Under the pieces are notes generated by a model. That model was not told the origin of the DNA, ran no database searches, and saw only the letters and a program-made list of their open reading frames with translations. The position numbers were made by a program, and so were the translations under genes. From NCBI GenBank assembly GCA_021613535.1, contig CP075495.1:13516001-13580000 (forward strand): a stretch of 64,000 nt of DNA, read 5' to 3'. Shown here one piece after another: positions 1-13,328 of this stretch; position 1 is the first letter of the stretch, and every line of letters starts with the position of its first letter. This stretch comes from Adineta vaga. Taxonomy: Eukaryota > Animalia > Rotifera.

Positions 1-204
1 GTATAGATGATTGAAAAAAGTATTAAATATCGATGATATTAAAAATCTAATCAATGATTCATATTTGATATCGATAGAAACTTATTTGACGAGAAATGCA
101 AATAAAGAAATAAGATAATAGTTTAAAATATTATTTTCTATATAACTTAAATAATTTAATCTCTACGAAAAATTTATTCGAAGAATTCTTAATCTGATTT
201 TTAG

Positions 205-1805
205 GTAATAATGCAAATGAATTCGATATACACGAACAACAACCAACAGAAGCTACTGATGATGGTAAATATATCTTTTGCATTCTATCTTTATTCATAA
301 TCGATATTTTCAGATGTGAATTCTTCTCAAAGACAAACAAAAGCAACAACACCAGTAAATATTAACAATGGTTTGTCTCGTATGATTTTTATACTTTTCG
401 AAATTTATTATTTCATTTATTTTAAAGATTCTTTTCAATCCCAATCATCACAAGAACATCATACAAAAGCTATATCAATCATACAACAAACAAATTCAAT
501 GGCAGAAAATTTTTCTTCTGTTACGTCAGATACAGAAACTATATTAGTAGAAGAACATCATCAACGGCCTCTACTTAATTATAGTCGTAGTCTTTGTGTA
601 CCATATAATGATGATGATGATGATAACAATGGTAGATTTTTCCAAAAACAAAACAAATTATGTGATCAACTTGTATTCTTGATTTAGATACATCAATAAT
701 TCAGGATTCATTGACAAATACATCTGAAATCTCATTAGATTTTAGTGGAATATTAAAAAAAGATAAGAATGATCTTGGACATATTATGATCAGCTATGAT
801 GATTCAACACGAGCAATATGTATGAAAATAGCGAAATATTTAAAAGTAAATAAAGCAAAAATTGATTTCACGTTAAACAATTTCTTATATATATATATAT
901 ATATTAGAATCGTAATTATATTGTTTGGATTGATCAAGATAATATATCCGGTGATGTTTTGACTTCTATGGCAACTGCTGTAGAAAATTGTTTTGTTGTA
1001 TTAATGGCAATTAATGAAGAATATTATAACAGTCGATATTGTCGATTAGGTACATTGATTTGTCATCTTCGTACTTGCTTTTTTTTTGAAAGATTACTTT
1101 TGTTTTAGAAGCTGAATATTCTGTTGAAAGAAATAAAGTATCAATTCCAATGTTAATGCAAGCTGGTTATCGTCCACAAGGCTGGCTTGGAATAATCAAT
1201 GGTGCTAAATTACATATTGATTTTTCTCAAATTCAATTTGATGAAGCATTCAATTTATTAGTAAGAGAAATTGAAGCTGTTCGAACTTCGTTGGGTGCTG
1301 ATGAAAATAGTATGACATCTTATTAGTCTCTAACAATGTGAAATTTATTCATTTCTTTAATTAGTTTCAATGAATAGTAATAATTCAATAACAACAATGA
1401 ATAGTTCATGGTTTCATTCGCAAAATGTTCATGATTGGTCAATATATGATGTAATTGAATGGTTAAATCGAGAAAAACTTGAAATGTAAAATGAACTTTA
1501 ATTCATTTCAAAAGAAAAAAAATGAATTATTTTTGTTTAATTTAGGTTTGAAAATACTTTAAGTAACTTTACCGGTGCAACACTTTGGCAATTATATAAA
1601 ATTAAATTCGATGTAAACTAATTGGTCATATCATTTCGTTTGATTTTCGTTTTTTTTAATTATCTTTTAGTCACCATCAGATTATTATCGAACGGTTGAT
1701 GTTTTACTTTCACCAACAATTCCACTTCGACTTTTTCATATTTTAACATTTAATGCTGCACTTGAAAATCTTTTTTCCAAATCATCTCCATCCATACATC
1801 GATAA
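205..1805 (+). CDS. Multi-exon TIR (TIR_2-type) domain protein with C-terminal SAM-like domain; 5' end not resolved
   Basis: Spliced translation gives HIMISYDDSTRAICMKIAKYLK/NRNYIVWIDQDNISGDVLTSMATAVENCFVVLMAINEEYYNSRYCRL/EAEYSVERNKVSIPMLMQAGYRPQGWLGII (TIR box1 and alphaC), then VHDWSIYDVIEWLNREKLEM/FENTLSNFTGATLWQLY (SAM-like). Short GT-AG introns; stop TAA at 1803-1805. Confidence 0.85.
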
Positions 1806-2577
1806 AATTCATTATGGCAAATTACCAACACTAAATATACCGAGTCAATCAAATTCTTCCGATGCCAAAATTCGGATTGTATCTTGAATATATTTCTCGT
1901 TGTCTTTCGATGTATTTTTTCTGTCTTAATTTAGAATATTTTTCTATAAAAGCAACAATTCGTCTTTTTTATCGGTTAAATAAAAAAACACAAATGTACT
2001 GTATATTTTACCTCTATAATGTTAAAAATTATGGCCATTATTGGTTTCTATGAAGGTCGTAGATCAATTTAATGAGTCATCATTATTACTAGATGGTAAC
2101 CTTTATAATGAAGAAGAAAAACATGATGACGCATGTTTACTTTTCGTTTTTTTCTTTCTGCATGGGTTTTTTACCCGATGACAGACACTCGTGTTGCCCA
2201 GACTGATACGTAATTGCGAGCTTTGCAGACAGACAAAAAAACATGAGAGAAAAACACATATTTTTATAACTATAAAGAAGCCGAATAACATGACGGCGTT
2301 TATAATCGAAGAATAAAAGAAAGAAAGAAAGAGAGAGACAGAGACACTAAAAAAAGTGCTTTATATATATTTTTGCGCAAAAATACGTCGACATTCATAT
2401 CTTTTTCTATTCAAACATCAGCAGTATACGCATTTCAAAATTGACTTTTACATGAAACATGAGCGTGTTTTTTCTTGGTTAATATTTTGAAATAATTCGT
2501 ATCATATAATCAGAAAAAAAAACTTATTCATTTCTAGAGTGATTGATTAATCTAGTTGTTTGTTTTTCGACGAAAAT

Positions 2578-4924
2578 ATGGATCCACCATTAGAATTTTC
2601 ATTTGACACTATTTCTTTAACTAGTCAACAACAACCATCATTAACTCTTAATTTAGCTGATGGCGATAACCTCGATCAAGTATGAGTCTTCAGCAATTTA
2701 ATAAAACTTAGATTTGTAATATTTTTTTCTTTTTAAAGTTACTAGGAGACTGTCCTCCACTAACTGATTTTCCTGATAATAACGTTTCAACTGACTTCTC
2801 CTCAAACAACGATGATATCCAATTTGATATTAATGCTCTGATCCATCCAAGCGATGATCGTAAGTTTCCTTGAAAGAAACATATTCAAAATTGTTTCGTT
2901 TGTTGCACATGAGAAAACAGAATAAAGTAAACATGATCTTTTTATCATTTTTTTCTTTTATATAAATATTCTTATCTTATGTTTTAACTCACTTTTTCTA
3001 GCGAATAATATAACGAGTATTGAAACGCAATTCTCTCGAACGTCAATTGATGATAATAATGCTATATTAGAATTACTTGAATCCTATACGTCTAATGATC
3101 CATTACAGCCAAGTACATTCACTGAACAAATTGATTTTTCGGAAATTTTCTCACCACCGCCAGGTAGATTGTTTGATTCTAAATTGTATTAATGATCTTT
3201 AACTAACTACATTAATAGCATCTGTATCTGTCGGTAATTCACCTGTTGAACCAAAAGCGAATGATAGTAAGTCATTGAATGAATAGAATAAGTTTTCATT
3301 CTTGAATACTTTTTAGTTTCATATGATGCACAAGATTGTGTTAATGAACAAGACAGATTGTATCGAAGAGCAACACAATCAAAGAACAGCAAGCGTAAAT
3401 CAATTTAGTTTATCATGTAATTGTACGATTCTATAATGAATATTTAATAGGTCGTCAACAGCGCCCCACAACTGTCGCACCTGTTGATTATTATATAAGT
3501 ATGTTTGAACTTCTAGTTTCTTATAACCGATTGTTTAATGAATATTTTCCATTATTTCCTTTTCAGATTCTGGTGCTTGTGAACCGTGTACATCGCAAGT
3601 ACAAAGTGATTATGTATATCAACAACAAAGTATGTATAAATAAATCTATTTGAATTATTTTCATTCGATTTGTTTTTCTTCTATTAGGTCTTCAATATGA
3701 TACATTTGAAACCAAAAAAATACGTATTCTTGCTCAACCGCGTTCAAAATTTCGTCCACGAACACACAATGAAAGTAAAAATTCGTCTCACTATGTTCGT
3801 TGTGAAGACGGCGTTAAACCAGAACATCCAACAATAGCTGTATGAAATTCATTTAGTAACTTTTTCGTACGATAATATACATTTGTTCACATTAGATACC
3901 ACAAGAATGGAATTTTCATGCCGAAGTGAATTTTATTGAAGTTGCTTGGGTTGGTCTGGACAAAGCATCACATCCATATACATTGCACAATAAAAATAGT
4001 TCAGAAACACTTGAAGATCATGTAATGATCTTTAAACAACATGAACCCAATATAATCTATTTTCGTTTAACAAATGAAGATTTTCTCAATGGATACAAAA
4101 CGTATGTCCTATGATTTGTTGAAGATTAATTGATGATATTTTCTATTATACTAATAGATTTATGTTTGAATTGATTAAAAGTAAACAAGATGAATTTATA
4201 ACGAAAGAATTAATTCGAACACGACAATTAGAACACTCAATGCTTCGTTTTACACGAGTTTTTCAACTGGGAAAAGGTGATTATCTGCGTGATGAAGGTA
4301 GTGTTGAATATTCGACCGTTATGAGTGAAGGTAAAGCATGGTCTATTCGCAATTTTTAATTTATAATTATTTGTCAATAAATTAGGTTATGGTGAGGTTG
4401 ATGTTGAACATATGGGTCCACGATATGGACCAATGAGTGGCCAAGAAATGATATACATGGTTTTAAAAGGTCGAATTCTAAAAAATGATTTAAAAATTGA
4501 AATTACTGAACCATCTTTTGGCTGGACTTATCCTGTATCGAATTTTACTAAAAATGGCAATGTTGTTTATTTTCTAATGCCAGCTTTTCCTTATCAACAA
4601 TATGGAGAAACAATCAAAGTGAACATTATTGTCTATTATAAAGATGAAGAAATCGCACAAAATATCTATCTGTACAAAAAATCCTTAGATGGTATGTATA
4701 GAATTGTTGACAACGATATAGTTTTACATTTTGTTTATTCAATAGAAGAATTAGCTGCACTTCATTTGAACGATTCACAAGAAACAACAAGTTCATCATT
4801 ACAACCAAATAATTTCAATGCATTCGATTTAATTAACGGAACTGATATACTTTTAAATTCTGTATCAAAAAAAGCTTCGGCAACGAAACGTACGACAAAA
4901 CGTTTAAACAATAAACAAAAATGA
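2578..4924 (+). CDS. Divergent Rel-homology (RHD + IPT/TIG) transcription-factor-like protein, paralogue 1
   Basis: ATG 2578 and a low-complexity acidic N-terminus over several small exons, then IRILAQPRSKFRPRTHNESKNSSHYVRCE...HPTIA, FIEVAWV...HPYTL, MLRFTRVF, IPT-like VEHMGPRYGPMSGQEMIYMV...VYFLMPAFP...YLY, and a basic NLS-like tail KRTTKRLNNKQK. Confidence 0.75.
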
Positions 4925-4990
4925 GAGACTTTCAAATTGCTTTTGTCCATATATATATATTATTTCACTTCGGATATTAGTTTTAAGCAT

Positions 4991-5159
4991 ATGTTAATTT
5001 TTGTTATTCATTTGTGTAACAGGTTGTCTTTATGCGTGTTAATAGCTAGTATAGATCTTAGTTTAATAAAAGAACTAACTAACATTTACTTTTAATTGTT
5101 GATAGTATTCGTAATTATTGCTTCACACATTTGAAATATGATCAAATGTATGATCACGA
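4991..5159 (+). repeat. 169-bp direct repeat, copy A (3' UTR of Rel-like paralogue 1, contains AATAAA)
   Basis: Matches 15179-15347 except one substitution seen (tagctagt vs tagcgagt). Confidence 0.95.
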
Positions 5160-6876
5160 ACGGCTTCAAGGATGAAACTGATTGTGTATGAATGACTATT
5201 GACAATATATTATTTATCTTATGAGAATATGATTTGTTATAATCTACACCTATATTGAGTACAAAGGGAAGAAAACTTCTATTATTCGTTTGAGAAAATA
5301 TGACGTAATTGGCTTACTAATATTGAAGAAAATAAAGATTAATAACACATGATAATGAATATACTAAGTAAATTCATATATGGTATATTGTAAATCTAAT
5401 CTATCTTGAGATTTTATCGAAATATTCGTTGACAATACATGGCAAGTGTCAATCATTTTTCGTTCTTTTACTCAAAAGAACTAGAGAGTACTCGAGCTTT
5501 ACTGAAGTACAGAATGCGATGCGATTAGCATTCGTTAAAATGTTTCAATCGTCATTTTTTTCTATCTTTTTTTTCATGTATGCTATCAGCTGTAACACAT
5601 CTGTTGAACGAAGTTCGTGCCTAACTTTTCTTCTTAACAACTTGATTTTAATTATCTCACAAAATTTCAAAGTCAAAATCGTTTTTCTATGGTCTTTCTG
5701 AGTACGTATAGAACGTCACAATTAAATTCTGATTATAGATTTTTCAAATAGAGTTTCGGTATTTTTATCTTTTTTTTTAATGAAATTTTTATGATGTCCA
5801 CTTCTCGAGATCATCGCGTAACTAAATGAGGACTTTACATGCGTACGTCGAGAAAGGAATCAGGAAATAAAAAAAGAAAAATCAAGAAGCACTACAGTAA
5901 TGCTCAGCTCATTCTTCGCATCGCATTAATAAAGAAAATATGCTGTTAATTTCATTTCAAATGAATTTTTAGAAAAATATTATTTTGTTTAAGAGAATAA
6001 ACATCTGTTTGATAAATTTCTGTTATCATGTCTTTAGGGAATATATTCTAAGTTATGTTTATCATAACAAATATAATATCTATTAGAAAAAAAGGTTTCA
6101 CTAAGAATGTGCTTATTCATATGATCGAAATTTAGATAATGACAATAAGAAATCCATTAGTTCTTTTTATATTTTATTATACAAAAATATTTATATTGAA
6201 GAAAATAGATTATTCATGAATTCTTTTGAATATAATAAAAAAAATAGTTGATAGATTCTTTCACTCTTTTTCTTGATAAATATCTGAAAAAAAGATGCGA
6301 TGACCGATGATTAGTTCTCTCATTTTAATATAAATATATATGTATAAAAGATTTTTTTTATTATTTGTTATTTAAAAACTGATAAAAAAGACAGAATATT
6401 TTCTTGATTATCATTGTAATGTATATCTGTTGTTCCATCGTTTTTTGTTGGAATCTTCGTATTGATCGCATTTGCTCCATCGGATGATATTGTCTGACTT
6501 ATACTCCACTGAGATTCACTTAATACCGATTGATTTACCTCTAGAAAATTATTCTGATAAAAAATCATGTAAATTTTTTACATTAATAATTTTCTTTATA
6601 GCGGCAATCAAGAGATCTAACGATATTTAAATAATAATCTTCACGCGTTATTTTGTGAGAATTCTTCTTTGTTTCTCCAAAGACATCTCAAGCATCTCCG
6701 ACCTGCAAGATATGTGATACCACACTTTATTATGATTTCATGTACCACGTTGCCATTGAATGTGAAGATTATTCATTGTATTAATAATTTTTAATAAACA
6801 CATTCGATTTTTTTTCGATTAATTTTTTGTTTTTCATCACAAATATTTCATTCTCATATACGATTAAAAAAACCTG

Positions 6877-7770
6877 ATGACGAGTATTGGCCCATTATTT
6901 GATTTAAATGAATTAAATGAAGAACAACAAAAGAAATTTCAGCTTGTTTCTACTGAATTAAAAGCTAAATTTCAATCTTATTTAGAATATAAACTTAATT
7001 TATCATTAAAAATACCATTTAATAAAGAAGAAGAAGAAGAAGAAAATGAATGGAATTATGAATTATATCGATTTCTTCGTGCAAGAAAATGGAATATTGA
7101 CCATACAATTAAATCACTTTATGATATGTTACAATGGAGAATTGATAATCAAGTTGATTCAATTTTAGAAGATGAAAAAATTATTGAAAAAACAGAACTT
7201 TTAAGAAAAATTCTTCCAAATCTAAATCATGGTTATACAAAAATAAATCAACCTTTATATTTTGAAAAATCTGGTATTATTTTTCTTGATAAAATTTTAA
7301 GTGAATATACAAAGGAAGCATTACTTTGATGTCATACTTATTGGTTAGAATTAAATTGTCAAAGAGCTAAAGAACGTAGTAAACAAATTGGTAAACATAT
7401 TGGAAATTTGACAATTATTTCAGATTTATATGGTTGTAATATGAATATTAGAAAGATTCTTTCTTCATTTAAACAATCACTTTATATCGATGAAAATTAT
7501 TATCCAGAAAGACTTTCACATATGATTCTTATTAATCCACCAACGATTTTTCCTGTTTGATGGAATATTGTTAACCCTTGGCTTGATCCAATTACAAAAT
7601 CAAAAATTATTGTTATTAAAAAAGGAAAGGATATTAAAAATACTTTATTACAATATATTGATTCTGATCAATTACCAATTAAATATGGAGGAACTTGTCA
7701 ATCATGTTCAAATGCTCCGAATTGTATTCCGGTTTTTGATTGGACTCAAGAAAAATTAAACGTGAAATAA
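6877..7770 (+). pseudogene. Intronless CRAL-TRIO/SEC14-like lipid-binding gene with two in-frame TGA codons
   Basis: LYRFLRARKWNIDHT..MLQWR (CRAL-TRIO N), NYYPERL, INPPTIF, PWLDPITKSKI and QLPIKYGG all lie in one frame; TGA at 7327-7329 and 7558-7560; final TAA 7768-7770. Confidence 0.85.
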
Positions 7771-8447
7771 AAGAAAATTTTCAATTTTCAATAAACTATC
7801 TATTCGAAACTATAAACAATATCACTTTTAAGAGTCTAAGTGAGAATCAATACGTTGATTATGAACAGTTCATATAAGTAGAAGGTACATGTTATGACCG
7901 AATATGATCATGTACAAAAGATATAAGCAATAACGATATTTTCTTTTGAATTAAGGAGCAACCTATATGTTGATCTCGAATATTTCAAATAGAGAGATAA
8001 GATAGATTTGAAATATAAGAATGGATTGGATGTTTTCTTCATCCTTTGCTTTTCATTTTCTTATAAAGAGAAAATATTTTTAGTTTGAACATAAAATATT
8101 CTCATTGAAATATCATCAATAAAATCTTCTTCGACCACGTTATTCAATCTTTTCTTTTGTCTCTTAGTAGTGTTCAGTCTTTCATTCTTTGTTTTTATTT
8201 CTATAAAAAGGGAAGAATATCAAAAACGTGTTCTTGATGTAAACGATTTGTCGAATTTATTAGATCATTTCTCATCCTCAAAGAGATAAATCCACTTCAT
8301 TAATTAGAATTAATAGTACTTTTCTCGTTTCTTTCGAATTGAATTCAAATGGAAATATAACAAGAGAAGCAGTCGAACAATCATTTGTACTTGTTGCATG
8401 GCAACCGAATTTAGTAAGTATTTTCTAATTCAATATTCTATTTAAAT

Positions 8448-9825
8448 CTATTTTAAAAAATTCAGGTTAAATGAATTTAAACCAGTTAAAAATCCAAAAC
8501 ATGGTTTCATTTTCGTTAAAGGATGCTGGACAAGCCGTCGATGATCTGGTCGTCGATGTGGATTTTGCTGAAGACAATGATGAAGAACATCTTGAACGAG
8601 AGGAGAGCGGGTTGGTGAAACACCATGTGGTGTTCTCGTATTTTCATATACAGGTCTTTTCCATAAGTTAGAAAATATAAAATAGCACCTAGTGACCAAT
8701 TATCAGCTTTTGATGTAATCGGTATTCGACCTGAAAAACATTCAGATTCAGGTGCACTATAAGGACGAGTACCACCTGCCATTTGACGTCCACTGTATCT
8801 ATATAAAAGAAAACCAAGAATATACAATGATAATAAAAAAGAAAATTTACTCTGCGAGTTCATCTTGTGCCATACCAAAATCAATAAATTTTAGCCTTGG
8901 TCCAAAAAATAATAAATTAGCTGGTTTGAGATCACGATGGACCTGGATTATTAAATTTAGTGATAATAATTATTCTCTTAGAGATGTTTTAATCGTTTGT
9001 TTTATATTAAAAATAAAATAACGAAAGATCTTTTCTTTATAAATACTCAACAGAACAAAGAATATTAAGAAAACATTCGTATATAGTTTCTTTTTTCATA
9101 ACTACTCATGTGTTTTAAGATGAGAAGAATTCTAGATATTGTTTATCTATTTTAACTTACAATACCATGTCGATGAAGTACAAGAATAATATTAACTAAT
9201 TGTATTCATATTTTCTGCCGATCTTCTGGTGGATTATAATCATCATCATCAGTTGTTTTTGATCTTATACGTATTTGATGAAGATTTCTCACTCTATCTA
9301 TTATTGATTCATCCCCTAATTCCATAAAAATAAAAGCCAAATTATATTTCGAATTAAATTCAAATCCATACGTTAATACAACATGTTCAGTTTCATTACG
9401 CAATCTATTAGCCATTTTAGTTTCAGTCACAAAAGAATATAGACGTTCATTTAAACCAACATTTCTTGAACGATTAAAATCAAACACTTTAACAGCAACA
9501 TATTCACCTATAAATTGAGATTTAATATTTTATAATAATATATTAGATTTAACTTCATATTAAAAATTAGTATCTTAAAAACTCGAGGAAAACTATTTTT
9601 GCTTTTATCGAAATCAGATAATCTGGCAATATCAATTAGACTATGTTCGGACATACAGACGATAACACGTACTTAATAGATTTCATTAAAAGAAAAGAAA
9701 ATATTCCTACCGTTTCGTGTTATAGATGTCCAAACAGATCCATATGTTCCAAAGCCTAATCGATCGAGTAAAGTATATAATTCACCTTGGATCTTAAATG
9801 TTCGATTGGCTGGTTTTATTTCTTT
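8448..9825 (-). pseudogene. Ser/Thr protein kinase pseudogene
   Basis: LGFGTYGSV, VAVKVF, VHRDLKPANLL, IDFGMA, GTRPYSAPE, ADNWSLG across exons; premature TGA at 9206-9208 (RQKI*IQLV) and a frameshift near 8655-8665 (the C-lobe CLQQNPHRRP is in another frame). Confidence 0.85.
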
Positions 9826-11372
9826 AGAAAAAATTCGATAAACAAAATCTAAAATAATATTCAATATTAAAAAAAAGTGTTTATCATATACAATAATAAT
9901 AGCTCAGTTATGTTTCCCTTCTATAAATGTTATAGACATTAACGTCGATTCTTTATCTATATAAACATGTTTTTGAATATAATTATTAAAGAAATGAAAG
10001 AAAATATCGTCATGCTTTGTTAACGAAAGAAATTTAATATAATTATATTTATTTCCCTGACGAGATTTTTCTCATCAATTGCCGATGAGATTCTAATGCA
10101 AAGATTTCTTCGTTTTTGATTTAATTTTATAAAAGAGTTTCTAAATTTTAAATAGAAAATCAAAATCTTTTTTTTTGTCTTTTGATTGATTATAAAACGA
10201 CGATGAAAAAATATTATTTAGTTTTCCTTTTTGTCAAGGATGTATCATATCATATGTCTAAGTTAAAAGCATCAATGAGATTTAATATCTTTTATTGCTC
10301 TCATTATTCATCAAACAAAATGACAGTCAATGATCTTGGACATGAGAAATTTGATTTGATTTTCAAATAAATATATTTTATTAATTTAAATAATCTTGAT
10401 AAAGAAAAAAAAAGAATTATTTTATTTAGATAATCTGAAAGTTATTGTATAAAGACTTTAAAGATTAAGAAAATGGAATGTCATTTAGCTTTAGAACAAT
10501 TAATTCAAACAATTAATTCTACGGAGAATTGAAATAAATATTCAAGATATTCTTCTAAATGGTGAAAATCAAATTGAATATAAAGAAATTTGTTTTGCTA
10601 AATTTTCATTTAATAAAAAAACGTAATGAATTAAAGGGATTTCTTAATGTCAATTATTTACTGATAAGATTAAATGCAACTTTTATTATATAATTACATA
10701 TTTTTTCATCTAATAAGTTATATAATAAAATGGTGTCCGACTGATCATCACAAACATCATCATTGTCTCCAGTGTGTAATGTTTGCAAACATAAGTTCGG
10801 ATAATGCTGATGATTACAACGATCAAGATCAAATAGATACATATATACTTACCGGATTAGACCTATAGACGTGGTTTATTTTACAAGGATATTGCCGACG
10901 GACGCTGTAAAAGAAATAAATCCACTCTCTCATAATAGAAGATCCGATAAAGGAAAAATTCCCAGTTATTTTGCGTTTTTCTCAGTAAAAATAGTCAAAA
11001 ATTCCAAAAAAGTTTACCATACCGTAATAGAAGACCCAGCGTCTTTTATTATGAAGGGAGTTTATTTAAATGTCCATTATAGATGTCCTTGCTAGCTGAT
11101 ATTTTACCTCAAGATTTTATATAGTGAGCGCGCGTCCTCACAGTTCGAAAAGATACGTTCAGATAGAGGCAGTTGTCTTTCATCAATGTCACAGTTGAAT
11201 CGAAACGTATGGATGTTAATCAATTATAGTAATTATTATCTTAATCAATATTGGTAGATGATATGTGAAACACTCATATCTTTTTTCACCATATGTTTTA
11301 GTAGATCAATAAATAAGACATGATTTATTCACTTAAATCATTTTTTTCTTTTCTTTTTCAGATTTTATTTCA

Positions 11373-13328
11373 ATGGAGCAAAACATCAATGAATCGATTG
11401 AGCGATCTAAGCTGAAAATTGTTCAGTCACTTGTGTACAAAAATTATAAAGAAGCGATTGAAGTAATTAATTCTTGTCTGTATCATATATTTGCACTAAG
11501 CCATGGTATTCTGCCGGTTTCTAGATTTATTCTCGACTGATTGAACTTCAAGAAAATAATGCTCAAGAATCATCTTTATTAGCTGAACGGGCGGGAGTGT
11601 ATCTATTAGCTAAACAATATAAAGGTAATATTTTTTATAACTGGTATATCAGATTGTAGATTTATTTACTTTTAGATGCGTTAAATGACAGTAACAACGC
11701 TATTAATCTTGATGAAACAAATATCTACGCACATATCCAGAAAAGGTAGGTGATAATGTGTTTCTTTAGAAAATTTTAACATCAGATTTTATTTTGTCTG
11801 TATAGTCAGTCATTATATCATTTGGGTCAATTGAAGAATGCAAGAAAAGCTATACAAGTTGGCCGTCAGACTATCGGTAAGTTATTCTCTTTAAATAGCC
11901 AATATCTACCGTTTTTTCTAGGAGCTGATCAAAGATTCGATGAATGCGAAGTATTTATCAGTAAAAGTTGGTTAACTCTAGGTATGTATAAATGTTACGT
12001 ATCCTCTTCTCTACAAAAAGGCCGCAACTGATCAGATTTCTACAAGAAACGTCTAACAGCATTCGAAGAGATCTTTCTTCAGAATTGTTTCGTTTTTCTT
12101 CTGATACTGAAGAGATGAAATAGACATCGAATCATGTGAATAATGCTTGAACATTGTTCAGGATTTCCTTGAGCGTTGGAACAGTATTAAGATTGATTGA
12201 AACGAAACTGGAAGGAACGACAGTTGTATTGAGGACAAGATGGAAATGTTCTGGTGATTCGATTAGATTGAAATGAGAGGGAAAATACACTCAGGGCGTC
12301 CCGAGGTGCCAAAGGCAGGGGGGCGCAGCGAAAACTTTTTGAAAATTTTCCGAAAAAAATTTATTTTTCTGCTGTAAAAAAATTTTGGCGAGCAAAAAAA
12401 ACAAAAATTTTCCCGAAGCAGGGGGGCGGCATTACGCCCACGCGCCCCCCCTCGGGACGCCCCTGAATACACTGAATCTAGATAATGTCTCTTTTATTAA
12501 TGCAAGTAATTTTTCACTTGTATTGATTTTGTCTTCCCTTACTGTAGTAACGCCCTTGTTCAATGAACAAAATATTTAAGAAAATCTTTCGTCGAATTGA
12601 TGTCGATGTTTGATAATTACGAAAAGAGTGAATGAACTTAATATTGAGATACTACTGAGTCGCTTATGTTATGTGAACGATGAAGTATATTGAATACGTT
12701 GGTAATCAACATGAGTTTTGAATGATCATACACTATATAGGTAGAATTGATTGTTGAAGAGTTTACTCTATGCAACGGTTGTTTAACTAGTAATCTATTT
12801 TCTACTGAACCTGTGATTTTTTTTAACTAGATGCCAGTTATTCAGCGCTGTTGGACTTCATATCCTCTTGGTTCAATCCCAACTTATATAAAATAAAATA
12901 GAGTGGGTTAGTATATTTGTATGCTTATATATGCCTGCTGAGAGTATAATTTAAAATGAGTTTGTCATTTATTAAAAATAGCATCATCTTTTTTTTATAT
13001 TGTAGGTCATAAGTGGCTGAAGGGAATGGCGACTTTAGGGATAACTTTTATAGTTGGCTTATTAACAAATATGATTAGTGATGTTGTACTTTGGAAACAA
13101 GCTGTAGTCGTATGCATTTTCTGTCTGCTGGTATTCTTTGTACATTGGCGTACGCTGATCCAGTTTTTATTTTCTCTATTGAACACTGTTGGTCATGGCT
13201 GCTATTCTTTTTTATCGAATGGTTGTATTCGTTTTCAAATATTTATAACCAGTGCTGCTCGTAGTCGTGTACTCATAAATGAAGAGAATACAGCTGATTC
13301 TGACGGTGTTATCGAAAGCAGATTTTAA
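11373..13328 (+). pseudogene. Multi-exon TPR protein with hydrophobic C-terminal exon, decayed and interrupted by a MITE
   Basis: Exons read YKEAIE/IYSRLIEL..LLAERAGVYLLAKQYK/DALNDSNNAINLDETNIYAHIQK/SLYHLGQLKNARKAI (TPR pattern). In-frame stops in later putative exons (~12140, ~12900). Linkage of the hydrophobic 13026-13328 segment to this gene is inferred. Confidence 0.55.
12292..12465. mobile_element. 174-bp non-autonomous hAT-type MITE
   Basis: Terminal inverted repeats CAGGGCGTCCCGAGG ... CCTCGGGACGCCCCTG; perfect 8-bp target-site duplication AATACACT at 12284-12291 and 12466-12473; GC-rich ends in AT-rich DNA; internal GCAGGGGGGCG twice. Confidence 0.92.

Noticed and set aside
2073-2079. 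AP-1 site TGAGTCA upstream of Rel copy 1 (another at 23734-23740)
   Set aside because: A 7-mer is expected several times by chance in 64 kb; no independent support.
10846-10870. ATACTTACC resembling the 5' end of U1 snRNA
   Set aside because: No further U1 similarity; it is simply the reverse complement of a splice-donor-like GGTAAGTAT.
11019-11055. Imperfect palindrome taatagaagac...gtcttttatta in a slightly GC-richer patch
   Set aside because: Could be a transposon end, but I found no partner terminus or TSD.
12263-12579. Short ORFs on both strands over the GC-rich patch
   Set aside because: By-products of the MITE sequence.
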